Below, one piece after another: positions 31,365 through 39,101 of a stretch of 46,324 bases of DNA. The translations under genes and the position numbers were made by a program. Numbering within the stretch: the first letter of the stretch is position 1; each line of letters opens with the position of its first letter. This stretch comes from a virus, in the IMG/VR virus record IMGVR_UViG_3300005844_000013; one strand, given 5' to 3'. The notes under the pieces are model-generated. The model saw nothing but the letters and a program-made list of their open reading frames with translations. It had not been told where the DNA came from and searched no databases.

Positions 31365-31856
31365 ATGCAAAAGTGCCTGATTGCCGTAGTGCTGTTTCTG
31401 CTCTTCCCTTTCGTGGGTAACGCTCAGGATTTTGAGCCGAAGATCCATGCCTCGGTGACCGCCGCCATTGCCGAGATTCAAGCCTCTCCGCGGCCTGTCG
31501 CGTTGTTCCCCGCCTTCACGTCCACGACGATCGCGACCGATCGCGGCCCGCTGCGCACGGATTCCCTCGGATGGGTCACCGTGACGGCCGTCGAATCCAA
31601 CGCCTCGTGCCTGCTGCTCTCCCCGCACGCCGTGACGCCGATCCTCGCTTTCGGGCCGTGTCCTGCCGTCTGGCTGCACAATCCGGTGACGACGGTTCAT
31701 TTCACGATGGCGAGCCTCCTGATCGAGTTGAACGGCAAAGCGGAGGTCGTGAAACAGGGCTGCGTCGTGTCGCACGAGATCATGTATCGCGGCATGACCG
31801 AGGTGCCGCAGTTCTGGCTGACGTGCCGCGACGGCTTCTTCACGTTCGCCTGCTGA
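31365..31856 (+). CDS. Secreted hypothetical protein (moron) encoded antisense to the tail operon
   Basis: 163 aa. Strong SD. Signal peptide MQKCLIAVVLFLLFPFVGNAQD. Five Cys residues in the mature part. The competing - strand ORF 31299..31862 is Arg-rich shadow. Confidence 0.7.
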   Translation: MQKCLIAVVLFLLFPFVGNAQDFEPKIHASVTAAIAEIQASPRPVALFPAFTSTTIATDRGPLRTDSLGWVTVTAVESNASCLLLSPHAVTPILAFGPCPAVWLHNPVTTVHFTMASLLIELNGKAEVVKQGCVVSHEIMYRGMTEVPQFWLTCRDGFFTFAC

Positions 31857-31858
31857 GG

Positions 31859-32617
31859 TCATCGCCGGTACACCGTTGCGCGGGTTGGGGCACCGATCAC
31901 CGAAAGCGTGTTCGACTGCCCCAACCCTTCGAGCGCGGATGTGTCGCTGGTCTCTTCGAGGATCTCGTGAACGCGCGTCATCAGCTCCCGCGACCGCGCA
32001 AACCAGCCGCGTCGTTCCTGGATGATCGCCGCCGCCAGCATCACGGTCGGGTCATCCCAAAACTCATCACAGATGAACGCCGCGCCGGAAGATGCCATCG
32101 TTTCTGACCCGACCCCGTACGCGCGGAAGTAGTCGACGTGATCGGCGTCGGTGGTCGGGTAGTAGAAAATGAACCATCCGTGGCGAGTCCAAATCGACGC
32201 GTACCCCGTCGCCGAATCACGGGCGAGAAAATCGAATTGCTCGCGCGCCTTGAACTCGACAGGCTTCTCTCGGATCACAGCCCAATTGCCGAGAGGAGGC
32301 GGCCCGCCAGTCGGGACGGTGCCGCTCTCCTGCTTCGTGATCTTGTTGATGTAGATCGAATCGGGAGCAACGGTTCGCCTGTCGAAGGAATTGGCTCCGG
32401 CGACGGTCGGGCCGATGGTCCAATCCTTTTTCAGTTCAGGGAAAAGATCGACGCTTCCCTTCGGACCGATCGCCATGCGGATGAGGCGATTCCGCGCGCG
32501 GTTGATGAACCGATCGATGACGGCAGCTCCGGCACCGTAATACGGGTCCGTGTCCGGCAAGTTGCGGCATGCCAGTTGAACCTCGGACCGGAACTCCGCG
32601 CGCGTCAGGTTCGCCAT
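31859..32617 (-). CDS. Adaptor / tail tubular A-like structural protein
   Basis: 252 aa. Lies between the small head-completion-type genes and the nozzle-like gene. Positional inference. Confidence 0.45.
   Translation of the reverse strand: MANLTRAEFRSEVQLACRNLPDTDPYYGAGAAVIDRFINRARNRLIRMAIGPKGSVDLFPELKKDWTIGPTVAGANSFDRRTVAPDSIYINKITKQESGTVPTGGPPPLGNWAVIREKPVEFKAREQFDFLARDSATGYASIWTRHGWFIFYYPTTDADHVDYFRAYGVGSETMASSGAAFICDEFWDDPTVMLAAAIIQERRGWFARSRELMTRVHEILEETSDTSALEGLGQSNTLSVIGAPTRATVYRR
31882..31927. repeat. Perfect 11-bp inverted repeat GGGTTGGGGCA-N24-TGCCCCAACCC (possible terminator/insulator for the moron)
   Basis: Starts 26 nt after the moron stop, inside the 3' end of the - strand gene 31859..32617. 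Only a weak T-tract (CTTCGAG) follows. Confidence 0.4.
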
Positions 32618-32992
32618 TTATTCGATGAAGCTGCCGAGCACGTTCACGGTCATATCGAGGCCAAGCGCGTTGCTGAGTTGCACCTGAAACTGCGGCGGCA
32701 CGGCTGCGCTGACCTGTCGTCCGAACTGCGCTGACCCCGCTTCGGCGATGCCTGGATAGATCGTGACGATGGACGTGTTCTCGGCGGGAAGCGCTTCGAC
32801 GCGAATGCACTCCTGCGAGGCCTGCTCGTTGTTGCTGTCCTTATCGACCGCGACGACGGCCACGTTGACTGTGTTCTCTTCCTGGCTCGTACTGCCCACT
32901 ACCACGAGGAGTTGCAACCCTTTTGCGCCGCCCGAAACGAACGTTGTGCTGCTGCCAGACTGCGCCTCGCTCACTTCAAATCCAAAGTCCAT
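32618..32992 (-). CDS. Virion structural protein (hypothetical)
   Basis: 124-aa track ORF. Its stop directly abuts the next gene's ATG. Confidence 0.55.
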   Translation of the reverse strand: MDFGFEVSEAQSGSSTTFVSGGAKGLQLLVVVGSTSQEENTVNVAVVAVDKDSNNEQASQECIRVEALPAENTSIVTIYPGIAEAGSAQFGRQVSAAVPPQFQVQLSNALGLDMTVNVLGSFIE

Positions 32993-33004
32993 GAATCCCT
33001 CCCA

Positions 33005-33520
33005 TTACGAAATCCTTAGCAGCTCGAATGTGGACCCAGCAAGAACTGACGACGCCGTTACGTCCGTAGTCTGTTGGGCGAATTGTACGGTCAGAGTTCC
33101 AGCCACGCTGACCGTAATCGTTCCGTTGATAGTGACGTTGGTATCGACGCCAAACGCGAACGTTTCGGCGCCCACGCTTGCGCCTAGCGCCGTCGCTTTG
33201 CCGGTTTGAATCTGCGGTGCGGCTGGGTCACCGAAGATCACGCTGCGCGCCCAAACGGCGGTTGCGGTCGCGGAGCCGCCGATGGCGTATTTCGTCCCGC
33301 CCGCCTGCGAATTCACGTTCATGAGCGCCGCGAGTTTGTACGTGCCCGGCTCCACGGTGAAGGTTAGGCCGGTCACGTTCGCCAGTGTGCTGTTCGTCTT
33401 GTCGAATTGAACCGTGACGACCGCGATGCGCGATGGGCCACCGACGCTCCCAGCCAGCGGTGAGTAGCGCGCGTCCGCCGCTGTCTGCGTGATGCCGGTC
33501 GCGTAGACGTAATCACTCAT
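33005..33520 (-). CDS. Virion structural protein (beta-rich, fibre/jelly-roll-like)
   Basis: 171-aa track ORF with an ATGA overlap to the upstream gene. Confidence 0.55.
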   Translation of the reverse strand: MSDYVYATGITQTAADARYSPLAGSVGGPSRIAVVTVQFDKTNSTLANVTGLTFTVEPGTYKLAALMNVNSQAGGTKYAIGGSATATAVWARSVIFGDPAAPQIQTGKATALGASVGAETFAFGVDTNVTINGTITVSVAGTLTVQFAQQTTDVTASSVLAGSTFELLRIS

Positions 33521-33867
33521 ACCTGCACCGGACTGAGAATGAATTTCATCCCGCTGGTGTCGCCGTCGACGTACGTCGAGCCGAGGTCCACATCGTTACC
33601 GTCGCCGAAGGGACCGATGGTGAAGGCTGGCGTCGCGGAGTTCAGCAACACGTTGTAGACCGTCGAGCTGACCGTGTTCGAGACGCCGCCCGATGGCTGA
33701 AGGCCGATGTAGCCCGTCTTCGTCGGATCTTCGAGCCGCACGCTGCACCGGTTGCAGTATCGCAGCGTCGGCATCTGCATACCGCCCACGACGTACGTTG
33801 CGGCGGCTACGAGCGGCTGGCGTGTGCCCGCCGTCGTCAGAGTCACGGGAGAAAGGATTCCGGCCAT
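33517..33867 (-). CDS. Virion structural protein (hypothetical)
   Basis: 116-aa track ORF. Confidence 0.55.
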   Translation of the reverse strand: MAGILSPVTLTTAGTRQPLVAAATYVVGGMQMPTLRYCNRCSVRLEDPTKTGYIGLQPSGGVSNTVSSTVYNVLLNSATPAFTIGPFGDGNDVDLGSTYVDGDTSGMKFILSPVQV

Positions 33868-33870
33868 GAA

Positions 33871-34458
33871 TTACCTCACGTCGAATAGGCGCGGCCAAAC
33901 CGTGCCGTTGAAGGTGAATGAATATCGCCCAGCATTCATGCCACCGGAAGCCTGCACAGAAAGCGTGCGCAAAATGTCGGACACCAGAACCGGCGGGGTA
34001 GCGTCCGTTATCCCCCCACTCCCGTACACGATGGTATCGCCTGCATCGAAACCGTTCCCCGTGAGAGACACCGGAACAGCCACCCCGCCGCGAATGAGAA
34101 CGACCGGAAAAGGATCAACGCTCACCACGAACGACGGATAGAACGGAACCGAGTCGTACCCGGTCGCGACCTGTCCGTCATGCGAGGGAGGCTGCTGCTC
34201 GACTGCGCTCAGTGCAGCAACCATAGTTGCGGCGGCGGCACGTTTCAGATCGCGATCGATCGAGCTGCCCTCCGGCTCGTGGCAGCAGAAGCGACCCACG
34301 AACGCCGAGGAGGAGAGTTCGTCGCCCCCAGGCTGAAACTCCTGATGGCGAACCGGATATTCAGCGCCGCAAATATCGCAATTGAACGAGCCGAGGCTTC
34401 CGCCGCGAAGGCGTTCGTCGTCGAAGACATGCTGCGGGATTGCGGCGGCTTTTCCCAT
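33871..34458 (-). CDS. Structural protein with an N-terminal zinc ribbon and a C-terminal Ig-like (IPT/Big-type) domain
   Basis: 195 aa. CDICG...CCHE at the N-terminus. The C-terminal pattern PVVLIRGGVAVPVSLTGNGFDAGDTIVYG...RYSFTF is typical of Ig-like folds. Confidence 0.55.
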   Translation of the reverse strand: MGKAAAIPQHVFDDERLRGGSLGSFNCDICGAEYPVRHQEFQPGGDELSSSAFVGRFCCHEPEGSSIDRDLKRAAAATMVAALSAVEQQPPSHDGQVATGYDSVPFYPSFVVSVDPFPVVLIRGGVAVPVSLTGNGFDAGDTIVYGSGGITDATPPVLVSDILRTLSVQASGGMNAGRYSFTFNGTVWPRLFDVR

Positions 34459-34519
34459 TCGTTACCACACGCGGCGGGGCGGACCCGTAGGCCCGCCCAC
34501 ACCGTTGCTGCCAGAGAGG

Positions 34520-35482
34520 TTACACCCCGGCGTTGATGAGCGCGCACTTCGCGCTCTCGAAGAACGGGGCGACGCGAGAGTAGTACTCCACAAGCTTGGT
34601 ACCGGTGCGCGGAATCGTCGCGCGGCGAACGGTCGGCTTCTCCTTGACCCAGAAGCACAGATCGTTGTCGTCGAGGTTGAGCAGCATCCACGAGGTCTCC
34701 AGCGCGCCGAGGTAGGTGTTGAGGATCGGAACCCACTCGACTTCTTCGTACCGCTCGTTGAGCGCGTTGGGGGTGCCGTAATTCATCGTGTCCGGCTGGC
34801 GAACGGCCTTCAGCAGCTCCGGAATGCGCCACGACCAGTAGCGGCCGTGAACGATGCCGATGCGCTTGATGGACCCCTGCGGGCGGCCGGTCTCGTCGGG
34901 GATGTTCTCCAGCATCGTGACGCCTTCCATGAGCGCCAGGGCGTTGAGCGTGCCGGAGGTTTGGTTGTTGGACCACGTAACCGGCGTGCCCTTGGTGGTG
35001 ACGTGCGAGGTGGAGAAGAGCGCCAGCCCATCGCGGCCCGCACCCTGCCAGAACGAGGTTGCGGTTGTGGACGTACCGCGGAGCTGGAAGTCGGTGCAGA
35101 GCAGTTCCCACGCCCATTCGTGGGAGTCGTTCATGTCGCTGCCCATCTTGGCGAAGAACTTCACCTTGTCGTCGTCGATACGCCCGTTGGCGAACATGTC
35201 GGTTTCCAGCTCGTGCGGAGTCAGGACGGCGATGGTGAGCTTCTTCGGTTTGATGACGAGGGTCGTACCCGGCGCGTATTCGTCGAGGTGCGACTGCCCG
35301 CCGAGCGGGGTGTAGGCCGCCGGGCCGAGCTTGACGCCCGTCACGGAGCGATGGTCGGCGTTCTCTTCGCTGATGGAGCGCGTGTATTTGGTGTACGTGC
35401 GTCCCGGTTTGTCGCGCTTCTCTTCGAAGGCGAGGTCTTGGGTCGAGTAGAGGAAGTCGGTGAACTGGTCGAGTGTCATCAT
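34520..35482 (-). CDS. Major capsid protein (HK97-fold expected)
   Basis: 320 aa with AAGGA 9 nt upstream. Its size and its position downstream of the portal and scaffold genes fit a major capsid protein. Both shadow ORFs were rejected. Confidence 0.65.
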   Translation of the reverse strand: MMTLDQFTDFLYSTQDLAFEEKRDKPGRTYTKYTRSISEENADHRSVTGVKLGPAAYTPLGGQSHLDEYAPGTTLVIKPKKLTIAVLTPHELETDMFANGRIDDDKVKFFAKMGSDMNDSHEWAWELLCTDFQLRGTSTTATSFWQGAGRDGLALFSTSHVTTKGTPVTWSNNQTSGTLNALALMEGVTMLENIPDETGRPQGSIKRIGIVHGRYWSWRIPELLKAVRQPDTMNYGTPNALNERYEEVEWVPILNTYLGALETSWMLLNLDDNDLCFWVKEKPTVRRATIPRTGTKLVEYYSRVAPFFESAKCALINAGV

Positions 35483-35494
35483 GGCGTCTGATCC

Positions 35495-35986
35495 TTACTG
35501 ACCGGTCTGGAGGTTGGCGTCGTCGAACACCACGAACGCCGCCCACTTGGTATCGCCGATTTGGAAGCCCGGCGGGGTTGTGCCCTGAATGTAGCCGACC
35601 GCGCGGCACTGGTCGCCAGCGTCGCCGGTCGAGCCGTACCACAGTCCGGTGGTCGCGTCCTTCACGACACCGAGGTTTCCAGCCGCCACACCGAGGAGGT
35701 TCTGCGCGAGAGCTTCGTCCACGCAGATGACCCACTTGTCGCCAGCGCGGAGGCGGATCACGAGGTTCTTGTACTGGGCCGCCGTGCCGTTTTTGCCATC
35801 AGCGGCCAGGACGCCGTAGATGACGGAGGGGGATGTGCCGCACTCGTCGATGCGGCCATTGGAGTCGATGATGACTGGGGTTCCGGCCAGTCCGGTCAGC
35901 GACGCGGACTCGGGCCACTCCTCGATACATTCATCGTAGACGTTCTGATCGAACGGGTACCACGGGAAATAGGCTCCTGCTGCCAT
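35495..35986 (-). CDS. Putative head decoration protein
   Basis: 163 aa, immediately upstream of the capsid gene, beta-rich. Positional inference only. Confidence 0.4.
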   Translation of the reverse strand: MAAGAYFPWYPFDQNVYDECIEEWPESASLTGLAGTPVIIDSNGRIDECGTSPSVIYGVLAADGKNGTAAQYKNLVIRLRAGDKWVICVDEALAQNLLGVAAGNLGVVKDATTGLWYGSTGDAGDQCRAVGYIQGTTPPGFQIGDTKWAAFVVFDDANLQTGQ

Positions 35987-36032
35987 GTCGCATGTCTCTA
36001 TCTCCTCGCCCTGCCATGCGCGACCAAGCGCC

Positions 36033-36335
36033 TTACGGATTCAAAAGTGCCTTCAACTCTCCGATTGCGTGAAATTCCGAAGGAGAGGCTTCCGTCAGGC
36101 CTGACAACAGGTCCCGAAGCAAATCGGCTTCGTCTTGATCGAAGTCGACTTCCCCGTCTTGAAACTGGTAGGTGGTTTCGTGTTCAGACTTGATGATGGC
36201 CGCCGAGCCTTTCAGCTTGTCGAATACGCGCGCCGCCACAGGAACAACGTCCATGCTGAAGCGCCGCTCATTCGATCCAGAAAAGAAGAGGGACAAGAGC
36301 AGGCCTTTGTGCGTCCTGTTGCTTACGGTCATCAT
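36033..36335 (-). CDS. Small acidic hypothetical protein
   Basis: 100-aa track ORF. The internal ATG 36254 (MDVVPVAARVF...) is an alternative start. Confidence 0.5.
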   Translation of the reverse strand: MMTVSNRTHKGLLLSLFFSGSNERRFSMDVVPVAARVFDKLKGSAAIIKSEHETTYQFQDGEVDFDQDEADLLRDLLSGLTEASPSEFHAIGELKALLNP

Positions 36336-36342
36336 CGGTTTC

Positions 36343-37233
36343 TTAGTAGAGGCTCGCGATCGGTCCGAGGTCGGCGGTGAACGTCGTCGGAACGGTCAGG
36401 GTGGCAAAGGTGGAATCGGTGGCATAAGTCAGTGATCCGACCGTGCCGGTGGCGAACGATCCGATGACGTGGCCGCGCAGGTCATGCGTGGTCGTGTCGT
36501 AGATTGCGCCGATGAAGTACGTCGCCGGGCCGACGACGGCGATCGGCGCCCCGGTGAACGGGATGAGCTGGTATGCGGTCGTTCCGGACATCGCCGTCGA
36601 CGCCGACACCGCGACGCGCGTTCCGGTCGTTCCGGAGACGCTGAAGAGCGCGACCTTCCCGTTTCCCGCAACGGCAGTCCCGTTGAAGATCGCCACGCCG
36701 GTCACGCTCATATTGGCCGGCACGAACACCTCGGCGAGGTACATCATCCCGGCCGTGTTCGTCGCGGAGTTGGTTCCAGAGGTGGTCGCGATTGCCGGCA
36801 CGCCACCGGTGTGACAGAGGCGCGGCGAGGTAGCGAATCCGCCAGCGGCAGCTACGCCACCGGTGGGCGTGATCGCGCCGCGAATGGTGGTCGCGCCGGA
36901 GTCGAGAACGGTGATGTTGGTATTCGCGTCGCCGTGGTCACGGAACACGAGCGATGTCACCGGCTGGATGATCTTCTCGGAAGTTCCGTTGAAGGTGATT
37001 CCGTCGTCGGTGAGAACGACGCCGCCCGCCGTGATGGTGAGCGTGCTGCGAAGCGTCGCGCTTCCGGCGTCTACAATCTTGAAGTTGTCGGCGCTGTCCG
37101 CGTTGTTGCGGATGGAAAGGGACGTGGCGCCGGCGATGATCTTACCTGCCGCCGTGGAAATCGTGAGGCTTGAACCGATCACGTTCCCGGTGGTGATGTT
37201 TGAGGTTGCGGTGTTCCCGATGTACGTGGGCAT
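36343..37233 (-). CDS. Fibre-like structural protein (Thr/Gly/Ala/Ser-rich beta repeats)
   Basis: 296 aa. Composition is very similar to the shaft of fibre 593..1591, but the gene lies inside the head-morphogenesis module. Confidence 0.55.
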   Translation of the reverse strand: MPTYIGNTATSNITTGNVIGSSLTISTAAGKIIAGATSLSIRNNADSADNFKIVDAGSATLRSTLTITAGGVVLTDDGITFNGTSEKIIQPVTSLVFRDHGDANTNITVLDSGATTIRGAITPTGGVAAAGGFATSPRLCHTGGVPAIATTSGTNSATNTAGMMYLAEVFVPANMSVTGVAIFNGTAVAGNGKVALFSVSGTTGTRVAVSASTAMSGTTAYQLIPFTGAPIAVVGPATYFIGAIYDTTTHDLRGHVIGSFATGTVGSLTYATDSTFATLTVPTTFTADLGPIASLY

Positions 37234-37236
37234 CCC

Positions 37237-37845
37237 CTACTCCTCTTTCAGTTGAATGGTTTCTTCCTCGCCCTCGGTGATCTTCACGTCGGTTACTTCC
37301 ATGTCTGCGGGGAGGTCGAGATTCCCGGCCTCACGTTGCCAATTCTTCGCTGCCCCCGCCGCCTTTTGTTCGACCGAAGTCTGAACGTCGGTGGAGCGTC
37401 GGAGTTTCTCTTCTTGCTCCTTCTGCGCCTCCGCGCCGGTTCGCCACATCAGAACCGTCGCTGGCTTGGTGCGCCCGCCGAGGGTGATGCGTTTGCCGAG
37501 GTCTGGGCGCCAGAGATGACGCTTGCTGAAATTGATGTCGAAATCTTTCGCGAGCGCTTCTTGAAATCCCGCCGCTGTCATACGTGACCAGTCCAGAAGG
37601 GAGCGATCACTGTCGGAGTCTTCCCACAGTTTGATGTCTATCTCCATCGTCGGGTTGGAACGCAAACGAAAATCGCCCGGATAGACGGACGCTACCGAAC
37701 CGCGAGCGTTGATTACGTCCTCTTGCTTGGTGATGAAGTGCTCCCCGTGAACGGGCGCATGGATCTTCCGGAGTTTCTTCGGCGCCCGGAAGTTGAAGAG
37801 AGGGTTTGCGTCAACTGCGGTGAAGTCCTGTTCGTTCGCTGGCAT
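37237..37845 (-). CDS. Hypothetical head-module protein
   Basis: 202-aa track ORF between the scaffold-like and fibre-like genes. Confidence 0.55.
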   Translation of the reverse strand: MPANEQDFTAVDANPLFNFRAPKKLRKIHAPVHGEHFITKQEDVINARGSVASVYPGDFRLRSNPTMEIDIKLWEDSDSDRSLLDWSRMTAAGFQEALAKDFDINFSKRHLWRPDLGKRITLGGRTKPATVLMWRTGAEAQKEQEEKLRRSTDVQTSVEQKAAGAAKNWQREAGNLDLPADMEVTDVKITEGEEETIQLKEE

Positions 37846-37854
37846 TCGTTGCTC

Positions 37855-38823
37855 CTACGCCGTGCGGCGGCGCTTGGTCTGACTCATCGCGGCTGAAGCC
37901 GCTGCGTTCAATTTGTCGTCGGGGAGTTTGTAGCCCTGTGAGCGGAAGTGCTTGGCGACGCGGTCAACAACGTTCTGCGTTCGCACGTCAAACTCCGGAG
38001 TGACTGGCGTATCGACCGGAGCGGCCGGGGCGCCAGAGCCGACCGTCGGGGCGGGTGCGGTCGGCGATGGTTGACGTGGCGCGGCGGCCGTCGGCTTCGG
38101 CGCCTTGTACGAAACGATGTCGTCGATCCACTTCGCCGCTTCCACGTAGCTCTGCGGATCGTCAGGTGCCCACCCTTTTGATTCGACGACGCTGGAAATG
38201 ATCTCGATCTCTCGGTCTGACGCCCAATCCTTCGCCTCGCGGCCGAGAAGTACGCCCGCCTGCCGGTGCGCTGCGCGGATGTTGTTGTTCAACTCCAGTT
38301 TTTCGAGACGGCTGAGTCGCTGATCGATCGGCTGCAACTTCTCGTCGATCTGCGGAACGATGCGCCCCTCGGCGATATCCGCCACGCGACCGAGGGCGAG
38401 GTTGGGATCGGCGGCGGCGACTTCGCCGAGTGATTCGCGGCGGATCTGCTCTTCGTAAGTCTCTGGCGTCGGCGCGGGCGCGGTCGGCGCGGCGGGCTGC
38501 CTTTCGAGGACCGAGCCGAGGAGTCGCTTCAAGAGGAGCGCTTCCTGGACGGCGGTGTTCTTCTCTTCTCCGATCGCGTCGCGTTGCTGGATGCTGCGCC
38601 GGCGATCCTCGGCCAACTCGCGCAGCGTTTTCCCACGAAGCGTCGGCGGGATCAAGTCGTCATCGTCTGGGAGGATGCTGTCGAAGGATAGTGTCGCCGG
38701 AGCAACAGGGGCGGCGGGGACAGCGGGCGTTTCGGGGACGGCCGGAGTTGGCGTCTGGGCGTCATCCGGCGCGCCGTCGTTCATCGCGTGCAGCTTCCTC
38801 ATCTGTTCTTCGATGACGCTCAT
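37855..38823 (-). CDS. Scaffolding protein (putative)
   Basis: 322 aa. Helical and charged with Pro/Ala-rich linkers. One small gene downstream of the portal gene. Confidence 0.5.
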   Translation of the reverse strand: MSVIEEQMRKLHAMNDGAPDDAQTPTPAVPETPAVPAAPVAPATLSFDSILPDDDDLIPPTLRGKTLRELAEDRRRSIQQRDAIGEEKNTAVQEALLLKRLLGSVLERQPAAPTAPAPTPETYEEQIRRESLGEVAAADPNLALGRVADIAEGRIVPQIDEKLQPIDQRLSRLEKLELNNNIRAAHRQAGVLLGREAKDWASDREIEIISSVVESKGWAPDDPQSYVEAAKWIDDIVSYKAPKPTAAAPRQPSPTAPAPTVGSGAPAAPVDTPVTPEFDVRTQNVVDRVAKHFRSQGYKLPDDKLNAAASAAMSQTKRRRTA

Positions 38824-39101
38824 TTCACATCCTCGGTCGGTGGATTCTCGACTTTGTCGCGCAAAGTTTCAAGTATTTGCAGCGTTTCGTCAAATCCGGC
38901 GATTTGCCCGCGACGGAAATCGAGAGACTGATCCGTCTTTTCATGGCCCAAGCGCTCCCGGTGGTCGAACAGCTTCCGGTGGAGTTGCGACAGGAACTCC
39001 CGGAAGAACAGGTTGTCCGCCAGAGCTGCCAGATGATTCTTGTCCGGCTTGTAGCTGGGGAACAGATCCTCCACCTTCGGCGGTAGGAAGCTGGGGGGCA
39101 T
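38820..39101 (-). CDS. Hypothetical protein overlapping the 3' end of the portal gene out of frame
   Basis: 93 aa with GGAGGAG 4 nt upstream of ATG 39101. Third codon positions are visibly more G/C-rich than in the portal frame across the overlap. ATGA overlap with the scaffold gene. Confidence 0.6.
   Translation of the reverse strand: MPPSFLPPKVEDLFPSYKPDKNHLAALADNLFFREFLSQLHRKLFDHRERLGHEKTDQSLDFRRGQIAGFDETLQILETLRDKVENPPTEDVK

Noticed and set aside
31299-31862. 187-aa - strand ORF that would fill the gap between the two tail genes
   Set aside because: Arg/His/Gly-rich with no SD. The + strand ORF in the same interval has a strong SD, a signal peptide and balanced composition.
34245-35735. 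496-aa - strand and 369-aa + strand ORFs (34382..35491) overlapping the capsid gene
   Set aside because: Shadow frames, Arg-rich. The 320-aa frame has normal composition, an SD and fits the neighbouring genes.
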